A stretch of 61,442 bases of DNA from an uncultured Clostridia bacterium (GCA_945918795.1 CAMEIT010000003.1:1-61442), one strand, 5' to 3'. Shown: positions 38,048 through 47,013, counted from the stretch's first letter. The notes: generated by a model not told the origin, from the sequence alone. Program-made: numbers and translations.

Positions 38048-39295
38048 TTAATCTCTCCGGAAAATATCTCTCGTATAAACTTTATCCTTTACATCATCCA
38101 AGCACCTATCATACCTGTTTGCGATAATAGCCTGTGACGTCTCCTTGAATTTCTCCAAATCGTTTACAACCAAGCTGCCGAAGAATGTGCTACCATCCTC
38201 CAGCGTCGGCTCGTATATAATTACCGTTGCGCCTTTCGCCTTAATGCGCTTCATAACGCCCTGGATAGAGCTCTGGCGGAAGTTATCGCTGTTGCTCTTC
38301 ATTGTCAGGCGGTACACACCCACCGTAGCGGGCTTCTCCTTGCTCTTGCTGTATTGGTTATCTTCTTCATAACCGTAATAGCCTGCCATTTTCAGCACAC
38401 GATCGGCAATGAAGTCTTTTCTCGTCCGGTTGCTTTCCACAATAGCTTCGATGAGATTTTCCGGCACGTCTTCATAGTTAGCCAACAGCTGTTTTGTGTC
38501 TTTGGGCAGGCAGTAACCACCGTATCCGAATGAGGGATTGTTGTAGTGCGTACCGATTCTCGGATCGAGGCACACACCCTCAATAATCTGCTTTGTGTTA
38601 AGCCCCTTACTCTCGGCATAAGTATCAAGTTCATTAAAATATGCAACACGCAGAGCTAAATAAGTATTGGCGAACAGCTTTACTGCCTCGGCTTCGGTAA
38701 ATCCCATAAACAGTGTGTCAATGTTCTCCTTAATAGCGCCCTCCTGCAGGAGTTCGGCAAATGTCTGCGCCGCTTCTACCAGCCGTTCATCCTCCATATC
38801 CGTGCCTACAATGATGCGGCTGGGATATAAATTATCATAAAGAGCTTTACTCTCGCGGAGAAACTCCGGGCTGAAGATGATATTCTTACTGCCGGTTTTC
38901 TCGCGGATGCTCCGGGTATATCCAACCGGGATCGTTGACTTGATGACCATAACTGCATTCGGATTACATTCCATAACCAGATTAATTACGGTCTCAACCG
39001 CAGATGTGTCAAAAAAATTCTTTTGGCTGTCGTAATTTGTAGGAGCCGCAATAACAACGAAGTCCGCATTGCTGTAAGCGAGCTTAGCGTCCAGCGTTGC
39101 GGTAATATCAAGTTCCTTCTCAGCCAGATACTTTTCAATATACTCATCCTGTATCGGCGATTTTCGGTTATTAATCAGTTCCACTTTTTCCGGGACGATG
39201 TCCACGGCATAAACCTTATTGTGTTGCGCAAGCAGTACCGCAAGGGACAATCCCACATAGCCGGTACCGGCAACTGCAATAGTATATTTCTTCAT
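38048..39295 (-). CDS. ugd: UDP-glucose 6-dehydrogenase / nucleotide-sugar dehydrogenase
   Basis: [12 protein letters not shown] Rossmann motif, catalytic [11 protein letters not shown], and SPEFLRE. Confidence 0.9.
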   Translation of the reverse strand: MKKYTIAVAGTGYVGLSLAVLLAQHNKVYAVDIVPEKVELINNRKSPIQDEYIEKYLAEKELDITATLDAKLAYSNADFVVIAAPTNYDSQKNFFDTSAVETVINLVMECNPNAVMVIKSTIPVGYTRSIREKTGSKNIIFSPEFLRESKALYDNLYPSRIIVGTDMEDERLVEAAQTFAELLQEGAIKENIDTLFMGFTEAEAVKLFANTYLALRVAYFNELDTYAESKGLNTKQIIEGVCLDPRIGTHYNNPSFGYGGYCLPKDTKQLLANYEDVPENLIEAIVESNRTRKDFIADRVLKMAGYYGYEEDNQYSKSKEKPATVGVYRLTMKSNSDNFRQSSIQGVMKRIKAKGATVIIYEPTLEDGSTFFGSLVVNDLEKFKETSQAIIANRYDRCLDDVKDKVYTRDIFRRD

Positions 39296-39428
39296 ACTTA
39301 CTCCTCTATTTGTCAGGAATAGTGTTTTCTATTTTGAATGCTGTGTTTTTCCTTTATCGTACTCACAGCGCATAAATTCCAAATTCCATATCGGCAATGA
39401 AGCTACTCTCTCACGGTCAAAAAGCACT

Positions 39429-40181
39429 TCATTCCCCATTACCGCGCAAGCAAGCTTTAACCGTGCCGAAAATTATCTTCCAATCCACAACAAAAGATCT
39501 TTCCTGTATGTATTTCAAATCAAGGCGCATCCACTCCCGGAAGCTCAAATCGTTTCTTCTCGGTTGAATCTGCCAATAGCAAGTGAGCCCCGGTGTAACA
39601 AAAAGTCTCTGCCTTTCGTAGTCTTTATACTGCTCAACTTCTCTGGGCAATGCCGGACGCGGTCCGACTATGCTCATGTCGCCTTTTAATATGTTGAACA
39701 GCTGCGGCAATTCATCTATGCCGTACTTGCGTATAAATTTTCCGACCCTTGTAATGCGCACATCGTCCTTCATTTTGAATACAGGCCCGTCCATTTCGTT
39801 ATACTTAAGCACCTCATCAAGCTTTTGCTCGGCATTCGGGATCATGGAGCGGAATTTGTAGAACTTGAATATCTTACCGTCTCTGCCAACCCTTTGCTGA
39901 GTAAATATAGGACCCGCTCCCGGGCTGTCGATTACAATTATCAATGCAATAATGAGCATAAACGGCCACAAAAAGGCAAGCGCAAGCAATGTGAAAAATA
40001 TATCCTGCGTTCGTCTGCCCACCCAATACATTTTCTTTGATTTCAACACGGCATTTCTGTTTAATACAAGAGCCGCCGTTCCCGATTTTGCATCGGCTTG
40101 TCCAACGGAAATATTTGATTCTGCAATGTCGGTGCTATCCACCGCAACCGAATCAGCGCTCCCTACCTCGTAATTTTCCAT
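39429..40181 (-). CDS. initiating undecaprenyl-phosphate sugar phosphotransferase (small bacterial sugar transferase, EpsL/WcaJ C-terminal type)
   Basis: QQRVGRDGKIFKFYKFRSM, DELPQLFNILKGDMSIVGPRP. First gene of the minus-strand EPS operon. GGGGGA RBS. Confidence 0.9.
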   Translation of the reverse strand: MENYEVGSADSVAVDSTDIAESNISVGQADAKSGTAALVLNRNAVLKSKKMYWVGRRTQDIFFTLLALAFLWPFMLIIALIIVIDSPGAGPIFTQQRVGRDGKIFKFYKFRSMIPNAEQKLDEVLKYNEMDGPVFKMKDDVRITRVGKFIRKYGIDELPQLFNILKGDMSIVGPRPALPREVEQYKDYERQRLFVTPGLTCYWQIQPRRNDLSFREWMRLDLKYIQERSFVVDWKIIFGTVKACLRGNGE

Positions 40182-40434
40182 TTGGAATCCCCCACATTAA
40201 AATAATTCAGGTTAAATTTATATTTATTGGCATAAGCCATTAACCGCATTATTTTCGGCTTCCACAGTAATGTGGAATGTTAATATGTTCATATATTCTG
40301 TCCTTGCCTCTTGCTTGACGGCAACAGCATATATGCTCTTTTCCGGCATATTTATAAAACAGAATTTACAGCTTCGGCAAATTACATTCTTAAGCTGATA
40401 AACGCATGATTTCAAGCTGTTTTCCGTTTAATTA

Positions 40435-40463
40435 ATTATATTACATAATCTTCGATATGTCAA
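40435..40463 (-). promoter_or_regulatory. sigma-A type promoter of the minus-strand EPS operon
   Basis: Minus strand TTGACA-tatcgaagattatgtaa(17)-TATAAT. This gives a leader of about 250 nt to the ATG at 40181. Confidence 0.55.
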
Positions 40464-40649
40464 TTTATTTTTGCATATTTCGTGACAAAATTAGCAATTC
40501 CTTAACAGTTGACCGTAGTCCGACAATTTGCGGCTGCTGTTTTTTCTGCCCCACAGTGTCTTTTTCGATCACTGCAAGCCATATTGCATACCGAAATATT
40601 GAACTGCACAACAATATCGTCTTAACCGGACTGTTGAAATGAGTTGTTA

Positions 40650-40684
40650 AAATAAAAAGTGTGTCTCAATATGAGAGACACACC
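40650..40684 (-). terminator. intrinsic terminator ending the thiamine operon
   Basis: Minus strand GTGTGTCTC-tcatatt-GAGACACAC (9-bp perfect stem) followed by TTTTTATTTTA. Confidence 0.75.
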
Positions 40685-40996
40685 GAAAAAGTACATCTCT
40701 CATGTTGCGACACATGCTTAAAATTCCACTCAAGGTATAAGCTAAGAGAGAAAACACCTTTTGCCTAAGTATTTTCCCTTGAATGGATTAAAATATGTAT
40801 ATTAACATGTATCGCATTGCTATTATACCATATAATGTATGATTTGTAAATATCTGAGCTTAAAAAGTTACAATTTGTCAAAAAATGCTGTTTCGTCATT
40901 CATGTGCATTTTGCAAAAAAATCAGGCGCTGTTTATTGAGACAGTTCCTTGCCTCTTAAAACAACGCCGCATTTCTTTTACTTTACGTTAATTAAA

Positions 40997-41617
40997 TCAG
41001 TATACCCTTATCAGCAAAAGTCTGCCCTCCGACAACGATATTTCGGCAGTTTTCCCTTTAAGAACCTCATTGCTTATGCCGTATTGGTATTCACAGGTGA
41101 TCTGTCCGTTTTCAAGCTCATATTCCGCATTTTTTATCGTTATGCCTTTTGCCGTTCCGCTTATGTTCAATAACGAAAAATACGAAAACGAGTCGTCAAC
41201 AAAAGCTCTCTTATCCGACACAATTTCCATTTCGGAGCAGTCGTCAATTATTTTTGCCGTTTTATGCAACGAATCCAGCATAAGCAGTATTGATAGATTC
41301 CCTATGGTGTGATCCAGCCTTTGCCCCGTAACACCCACAAGCAGAAAATCCTCAAATCCGCGCCTGAGTGCTTCCTTTACGGCAAATACCGTATCCGTAT
41401 CGTCCTTTTTGCGTGGCAGAACAATAATCTCATCATCCGTAAGCTCGCCCGTGTAGGAATCAAAATCACCTACTATCAAATCGGGCTTTGCGCCGAGACT
41501 TTTTCCATGATTAAGTCCTCCGTCACAGTATATTACAAAATCATCAGGCCTCAGCGCATTGCGTATCAGATCGTAATTTTCTATTTTTGCGCCGCCGACG
41601 ACAACACAACGTTTCAT
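40997..41617 (-). CDS. thiN: thiamine pyrophosphokinase (TPK)
   Basis: 206 aa. CDGGLNH, LIVGDFDS, KDDTD and GQRLDHTIGN motifs, plus a C-terminal thiamine-binding beta-domain. Confidence 0.85.
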   Translation of the reverse strand: MKRCVVVGGAKIENYDLIRNALRPDDFVIYCDGGLNHGKSLGAKPDLIVGDFDSYTGELTDDEIIVLPRKKDDTDTVFAVKEALRRGFEDFLLVGVTGQRLDHTIGNLSILLMLDSLHKTAKIIDDCSEMEIVSDKRAFVDDSFSYFSLLNISGTAKGITIKNAEYELENGQITCEYQYGISNEVLKGKTAEISLSEGRLLLIRVY

Positions 41618-41642
41618 TATTAACGCCTCTCTACTTGCATTA

Positions 41643-42953
41643 TTACAAAATGTCGATATATTCTCCCGACAACGCTTTATTCATACTGCGTACAGCACAG
41701 AATTTTCCGCACATACTGCACGTATCGCTGTGATCGTCCTCAGGCTTTCTGCTGTCACGTATAGCTTTCGCGGTCTTGGGGTCAAGCGCGCAGGCAAACT
41801 GTGCATCCCAATCAAGATTTCTTCTTGCGTCGGCCATTTTATCGTCTATATCCCTTGCACCCGGAATACCCTTTGCTATATCCGCCGCGTGAGCCGCTAT
41901 TTTTGAAGCTATAATTCCCTGTTTTACATCGTCAACATTCGGAAGAGCCAAATGCTCCGCCGGTGTTACATAGCACAGGAAAGCCGCTCCGCTCATTGCG
42001 GCAACAGCACCGCCGATTGCAGCTGTAATATGATCATATCCCGGAGCAATATCCGTAACAAGCGGTCCGAGTACATAAAACGGTGCGCCCATACATATTG
42101 TCTGCTGAACCTGCATATTTGCCGCAACCTGATTAAGCGGTACATGACCCGGTCCCTCAACCATTACCTGTACATTGTGCGCCCATGCACGCTTTGTAAG
42201 CTCGCCGAGTCTGACAAGCTCTTCTATTTGGCACACGTCCGTTGCATCAGCCAAACAGCCCGGGCGGCAAGCGTCGCCCAAAGATATTGTCACATCGTGC
42301 TCCTCGCATATGTCGAGAATTTCATCAAAATATTCATAAAACGGATTTTCATTGCCCGTCATGCTCATCCATGCAAATACAAGACTTCCGCCGCGGCTTA
42401 CTATGTTCATTTTGCGCTTGTGATTTCTTATCTGATCTATCGTTTTTCTTGTTATTCCGCAGTGCAGAGTTACAAAATCCACTCCATCCTCGGCATGAAG
42501 GCGTACAACATCTATAAAATCCTTTGCCGTAAGCTCTGCCAAATCGCGCTGATAGTGAATTACGCTGTCGTATACGGGAACAGTTCCTATCATTGCAGGG
42601 CATTCGGACGTCAATTTTCTTCTGAACGGCTGAGTGTTGCCGTGACTTGATAGATCCATTATTGCTTCCGCGCCAAGCTCAACCGCACTCATAACCTTCT
42701 GCATTTCAATGTTATAATCCTTGCAGTCTCTCGAAACACCGAGATTAACATTTATTTTCGTGCGGAGCATACTGCCTATTCCCTCAGGGTCAAGACAGGT
42801 ATGATGCTTGTTTGCACAAATCGCAACCTTTCCCTCGGCTGTCAGCTTCATTATCTGCTCAACGGGAAGGTTTTCTTTTTTTGCCACTATCTCCATTTGC
42901 GGCGTTACTATTCCTTTTCTTGCCGCGTCCATTTGTGTTGAATACTTATCCAT
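41643..42953 (-). CDS. thiC: phosphomethylpyrimidine synthase ThiC
   Basis: 436 aa. Highly conserved blocks IVSRGGS, VMVEGPGHVPL, GPLVTDIAPGYDHIT and the C-terminal CSMCGKFCA Fe-S motif. Confidence 0.95.
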   Translation of the reverse strand: MDKYSTQMDAARKGIVTPQMEIVAKKENLPVEQIMKLTAEGKVAICANKHHTCLDPEGIGSMLRTKINVNLGVSRDCKDYNIEMQKVMSAVELGAEAIMDLSSHGNTQPFRRKLTSECPAMIGTVPVYDSVIHYQRDLAELTAKDFIDVVRLHAEDGVDFVTLHCGITRKTIDQIRNHKRKMNIVSRGGSLVFAWMSMTGNENPFYEYFDEILDICEEHDVTISLGDACRPGCLADATDVCQIEELVRLGELTKRAWAHNVQVMVEGPGHVPLNQVAANMQVQQTICMGAPFYVLGPLVTDIAPGYDHITAAIGGAVAAMSGAAFLCYVTPAEHLALPNVDDVKQGIIASKIAAHAADIAKGIPGARDIDDKMADARRNLDWDAQFACALDPKTAKAIRDSRKPEDDHSDTCSMCGKFCAVRSMNKALSGEYIDIL

Positions 42954-43028
42954 ATAAATAACCGTGCATTTGCTGTGGATTTACGGCACAGCCGTCAGCA
43001 AAATGCGCCCTTTCTTCGGAATTTTATT

Positions 43029-43820
43029 TTATAATGATTTTCCCAATCGATATACATGATTTAACGGTCCGGGGCCTTTGCCCAGATCAAGTCCCGACGC
43101 CAAAGCACCCGAAAGATAATCCTTAGCTTTTCGTATTGCAGCTTCAAGAGTGTTCCCGAGCGCAATGTTGCTTGCAATCGCGCTTGAAAGAGTACAACCC
43201 GTTCCGTGCGTGTTTGGGTTATCTATCCTATTGCCTTGAAACCAAATGATTTTCCCTTTAGTGCAAAGTACATCATCGGCGCCGCCTGCGCTATGCCCGC
43301 CCTTACAAAGTACGGCACAGCCGAAATTACGCCATATAATTTCCGCCGCCTCCTCCATATCGTGTTTTGTCTTTATGCTTATTCCGGACAAAAGCTGTGC
43401 TTCGGGTATGTTCGGCGTTATCAGCTCTGCCAAGGGGAACAGCTCGTCCTTCATAACGCTCACGGCATCATTTTTCATAAGCGGAGTGCCGCTTGTCGAA
43501 ACCATGACCGGATCGAGAACAATGTGCTTTGCATTGTATTGATCAAGCTTTTGCGCCGTCACTTTTATGCTTTCGGAAGAAGGCAGCATTCCTATTTTCA
43601 CCGCATCAGGATAAATATCGGAAAAAATGCAGTCAAGCTGCTTGCCCAAAAAGCAAGGTTCAACCTCTTCTATGCCCGTAACACCCATAGTGTTCTGTGC
43701 CGTCAGTGCAGTAATGGCGCTCATGGCATACACGCCGTGTACTGTCATTGTTTTTATATCCGCCTGAATGCCTGCGCCGCCGCTCGGGTCACTGCCCGCT
43801 ATCGTTAATGCTGTCTTCAT
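43029..43820 (-). CDS. thiD: hydroxymethylpyrimidine/phosphomethylpyrimidine kinase ThiD
   Basis: ALTIAGSDPSGGAGIQADIKT N-terminus, DPVMVSTSG, and GTGCTLSSAIA. Confidence 0.9.
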   Translation of the reverse strand: MKTALTIAGSDPSGGAGIQADIKTMTVHGVYAMSAITALTAQNTMGVTGIEEVEPCFLGKQLDCIFSDIYPDAVKIGMLPSSESIKVTAQKLDQYNAKHIVLDPVMVSTSGTPLMKNDAVSVMKDELFPLAELITPNIPEAQLLSGISIKTKHDMEEAAEIIWRNFGCAVLCKGGHSAGGADDVLCTKGKIIWFQGNRIDNPNTHGTGCTLSSAIASNIALGNTLEAAIRKAKDYLSGALASGLDLGKGPGPLNHVYRLGKSL

Positions 43821-43844
43821 ATTGTTTACCGTAAGCTTTCTTTT

Positions 43845-44519
43845 TTATTTGAGCGGCTGATTTTCATCTGCCGACAAAAAATCCGTAAAATCGGAAAAAT
43901 CCTTTATATAATTATCCGCTGTTTTTTTTATTTCACAGCGCTCGGCAATGCTCGACTCATCCTCAACCGCAACAACATAAAAGCCACCGCGCTTTGCCGA
44001 TTTTATAGCCGTAAGCGAATCCTCAAACACAACCGTTTCACTCGCCTTTGTGCCCATACTGCAAGCGGCAAATTCATATATATACGAGCTTTTCTTTGTA
44101 GTATCAAGCTCGCCACATGAATAAATTCCGTTAAAATAGCAAAATATGCCGAGTCTTTCAAGCGCCGCCCTCAAAAGTGATGTGTCTCCTGCCGTTGCTA
44201 CAACGGCGGGAATTCCTTTATGGCGCAGGTTCTCAAGAAACTCCGGAACGCCTTTTTTGGTTTTCACCTCGTATTTGTAAAAATCACAAATAATATCGAG
44301 TATTCCGGACTGTATTTCTTCCCGAGACAAATGCGGCACATAATGTTCTTTCAGGTACAGACTGCCCTCTTCAAGCGACATCGGAAACAATATTGTGGAA
44401 AGCTCCGGCTCGCTTTTTATTCCGAGAGAATCAAGATATATTTCTCCGAGTCTGCTCCAGACCCCCATAGAATCAAGCAATGTTCCGTCCGCGTCAAAAA
44501 TCGTTCCCTTTATTGGCAT
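43845..44519 (-). CDS. HAD-superfamily hydrolase (candidate thiamine-monophosphate phosphatase)
   Basis: Start chosen at MPIKGTIFDADGTLLDS (HAD motif I DxDGT). Motif IV FEDS is present. The track ORF starts 18 codons earlier (44573), overlapping thiE. Confidence 0.7.
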   Translation of the reverse strand: MPIKGTIFDADGTLLDSMGVWSRLGEIYLDSLGIKSEPELSTILFPMSLEEGSLYLKEHYVPHLSREEIQSGILDIICDFYKYEVKTKKGVPEFLENLRHKGIPAVVATAGDTSLLRAALERLGIFCYFNGIYSCGELDTTKKSSYIYEFAACSMGTKASETVVFEDSLTAIKSAKRGGFYVVAVEDESSIAERCEIKKTADNYIKDFSDFTDFLSADENQPLK

Positions 44520-44565
44520 TGTTATTTTTTCCTTTTGGATAAATGATTCAATATTTTGACTGTAT

Positions 44566-45204
44566 TCAGCCAACTGTTTTTTTCGCTGTTCTCAAAAGCT
44601 CCCTGCACTCAGCCTCTATATCGGACGCCGAGAATATAGCCGATACAAGCGCAACACCGCTTATACCCGTACCGTTAAGCTCGCACATATTCTTTTTGTT
44701 TATGCCGCCTATTGCAACAACGGGAATATCCACCGCGGCACATATTTCACCGAGAGTGTCAAACGAAACTTCCTTTGCGTCGGGCTTTGTCGCAGTGCCG
44801 AACACAGCACCCACTCCGAGATAATCGGCACCGCCTTTTTCAGCCGCAACAGCCTCTTCCACTGTTTGTGCCGAAACACCTATTATCATAGAGCTTCCGA
44901 CTGCCTTGCGCACTTCACCGATACACATATCATCCTGTCCGACGTGAACGCCGTCTGCGTTGCATTTAAGAGCTATCTCAACATTGTCGTTTACAATAAA
45001 CGGTACGTTGTATTTTGCGCACAGCGCCTTTATTAATATGGCTTCCGACAAAAATTCTTCCGCATCAAGGTTTTTCTCTCTGAGCTGAACGCACGTAGCG
45101 CCTCCCTTAAGTGCGGACTCGACTTGTTCGAAAAGTGTTTGCCTGCCCGTCCAAGCCCTGTCCGTCACAGCATACAACAGAAGATCGTTTTTATTTAATT
45201 TCAT
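44566..45204 (-). CDS. thiE: thiamine-phosphate synthase ThiE
   Basis: LYAVTDR, VQLREK, GVHVGQDD, GVSAQT and YLGVGAVFGTATK motifs. Start set at MKLNKNDLLLY (GAAAGG RBS 10 nt upstream). It overlaps the end of thiM. Confidence 0.9.
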   Translation of the reverse strand: MKLNKNDLLLYAVTDRAWTGRQTLFEQVESALKGGATCVQLREKNLDAEEFLSEAILIKALCAKYNVPFIVNDNVEIALKCNADGVHVGQDDMCIGEVRKAVGSSMIIGVSAQTVEEAVAAEKGGADYLGVGAVFGTATKPDAKEVSFDTLGEICAAVDIPVVAIGGINKKNMCELNGTGISGVALVSAIFSASDIEAECRELLRTAKKTVG

Positions 45205-46012
45205 ATTTTGCATACCTTTCGAGCGTTTCGCCGTCAAGACGATATACCGCGTCTATTATATAATTTCTGTACGAAGAATTTCCGTCATCCTTTGTAAGGC
45301 GTGCATATGCTATTTCTCCGCAAACACCCATTGCACATACGGATGCGGCTGTCGCCTCGAGTATATTATCTTTGTTTGCCGCAATATATGCCGCTGTCAT
45401 TGCCGACAGCTGACATCCCGTTCCCGTGACACTGCTCATCATCGCATTGCCGTTGAATATGCAGTATGCTTTCTTGCGGTCAGCCACAATATCAATAGCT
45501 CCCGTTATTGCAACGACCGTATTATTCCTTGCGGCAAAGTCCTTTGCAAATTCAACAGCCGAATCAATATTTTCAAGCGTTATTTTATCGCACGTATCCG
45601 CATCCACGCCCTTTGTTCCCGACGCACCCGAGGCAAGTGCCTTTATTTCGGATATATTACCTCTGACGACTGTCGGCTGAAGCTCTCTTAATAACCCCGC
45701 GGCTGTTGCCGTGCGCAATGTCGATGCGCCTGCGCCGACAGGGTCAAGCACAACAGGATGTGACAACTCTTTTGCCTTTCTGCCTGCTGTATACATTGCG
45801 TCTATCGTATTGCTGTTAAGCGTTCCTATGTTTATATTCAGTGCGGAGCATATAGATGTGATTTCTTCCACCTCATTAATATCGTCCGCCATAATAGGAG
45901 AGGCACCCGTTGCAAGCAGTATGTTTGCACAATCATTAACGGTAACGTAATTTGTAATGTTATGCACGATAGGGCATTGTTTTCTAACGTTCCCAAGCAT
46001 ATCCTTAAACAT
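45191..46012 (-). CDS. thiM: hydroxyethylthiazole kinase ThiM
   Basis: VHNITNYVTVNDCAN, VLDPVGAG, ITGAIDIV and TGTGC motifs. Confidence 0.9.
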   Translation of the reverse strand: MFKDMLGNVRKQCPIVHNITNYVTVNDCANILLATGASPIMADDINEVEEITSICSALNINIGTLNSNTIDAMYTAGRKAKELSHPVVLDPVGAGASTLRTATAAGLLRELQPTVVRGNISEIKALASGASGTKGVDADTCDKITLENIDSAVEFAKDFAARNNTVVAITGAIDIVADRKKAYCIFNGNAMMSSVTGTGCQLSAMTAAYIAANKDNILEATAASVCAMGVCGEIAYARLTKDDGNSSYRNYIIDAVYRLDGETLERYAKYEIK

Positions 46013-46025
46013 TTTTTACCTCCCG

Positions 46026-46535
46026 TTATTTTCCCGCGAAGTTTTTAAGCACGCCTGTTTTTTTCAAAGCTCCTATGAGGAGCGCCGACAAAAGAGCGCC
46101 GCCCGCCGTTGAAATAAGGAACGGAACCACATAAGCATAGAACGCAATATCGCCCGCATTCTTACCCATGAACAAAATTGCTATCGGATATGCACACAAG
46201 CCTCCGAGCACTGACGTTCCGAACACTTCCGCAACGAGTGTTACGGAAAGCTTTTTTGTTTTCCAATAAGCAATTCCGCACAAAAGCGCACCAAACATAC
46301 TTCCCGGGAATGCCATAAGGCTGCCGAGCTCCAAAAGATTTCTTATAAGGCTGGCTGCAAACGCCACAATGACTCCGTACCACGGACCGAGGAAATAAGC
46401 GCACAGTATATTTACCATATGCTGTACCGGAGCGCACTTACTTCCGAAAACAGGTATTGAAAATAAGCTGCCCACAACGGCAAGCGCACAGAGAATACCC
46501 GCAAATACTGTTTTTCTTACTTTGTCGTTTTTCAT
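46026..46535 (-). CDS. thiW: ECF-transporter S component ThiW (thiazole precursor uptake)
   Basis: Start set at MKNDKVRKTVFAGILCALAV (GAAAGAAGG RBS). About 169 aa with 5-6 TM helices, first gene after the TPP riboswitch. The track's 41-codon upstream extension lies inside the structured leader. Confidence 0.7.
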   Translation of the reverse strand: MKNDKVRKTVFAGILCALAVVGSLFSIPVFGSKCAPVQHMVNILCAYFLGPWYGVIVAFAASLIRNLLELGSLMAFPGSMFGALLCGIAYWKTKKLSVTLVAEVFGTSVLGGLCAYPIAILFMGKNAGDIAFYAYVVPFLISTAGGALLSALLIGALKKTGVLKNFAGK

Positions 46536-46624
46536 AAAACTACCTTCTTTCGTAAAATAAATATTTCTTTTGGCAGTCACGGGCATTTTGCCCGTCAAAC
46601 TGCGGCGAGAACGGCAATAACAGC

Positions 46625-46765
46625 GTCGTCCTCCTGTGAAAGCACGCGAAACATACAAATAATGTTACGCGAGGAACTGCGGTCGAAGCTTAATGGCTTC
46701 CTCTCACGCCGGAACACGGCTTCCCATCGCTGTTATTTACAATATAAAGGGCGCTCCCCCTCCAT
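46625..46765 (-). promoter_or_regulatory. second, divergent TPP-riboswitch-like element (tentative)
   Basis: Minus strand GGGGGAGCGCC...GGCGTGAGA-g-GAAGC-cattaa-GCTTC-g-ACC-gcagtt-CCT-CGCG-(loop)-CGCG...AGGAGG. The order of submotifs parallels aptamer 1, but the pyrophosphate-sensor arm is not consensus. Confidence 0.35.
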
Positions 46766-46839
46766 ACGCCCGGAACATACCGGGATGCCTTTCTCCACCA
46801 CATCCTTTCGCGAAAAAGAATTCATTTGTCGAAGAAGTA

Positions 46840-46871
46840 TAAAAACAGGAGATACCCGATGCGGTATCTCC
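46840..46871 (-). terminator. riboswitch-controlled intrinsic terminator (expression platform of TPP aptamer 1)
   Basis: GGAGATACC-gcatcg-GGTATCTCC followed by TGTTTTTA. Confidence 0.8.
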
Positions 46872-46888
46872 GAAAAATCAAAAATCTG

Positions 46889-46975
46889 ACTTCCTACGAC
46901 GGCATTATCCGTATCAGGTAAAGGGTCGAAGTTGATTACTTCCTCTCAGCCTGCCTGCACAAGCTCCCCTGTGTT
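46889..46975 (-). promoter_or_regulatory. TPP (THI-box) riboswitch aptamer
   Basis: Minus strand GGGGAGCttgtgcaggcaGGCTGAGAgGAAGTaatcaACTTCgACCCtttaCCTGATACGGATAATGCCGTCGTAGGAAGT matches the THI-element consensus (CUGAGA, ACCC, CCUGAU..GGAUAAUGCC..CGUAGGGAA). Confidence 0.9.
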
Positions 46976-46984
46976 TACTGTAAT

Positions 46985-47013
46985 ATTATATCAACATATA
47001 ACATTTTTGTCAA
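46985..47013 (-). promoter_or_regulatory. sigma-A type promoter of the thiamine operon
   Basis: Minus strand TTGACA-aaaatgttatatgttga(17)-TATAAT with a TGn extended -10. Located directly downstream of the recG stop. Confidence 0.7.

Noticed and set aside
40224-40415. 63-aa ORF within the EPS leader
   Set aside because: It has no RBS and a Cys-rich, low-complexity translation, and it lies entirely inside the predicted 5' UTR downstream of the promoter. It is treated as non-coding leader.
42954-43028. Possible internal riboswitch or attenuator between thiD and thiC
   Set aside because: It is only 75 nt, with no THI-box motifs (no CUGAGA or ACCC..CCUGAU) and at most a weak hairpin. It is an ordinary intercistronic spacer.
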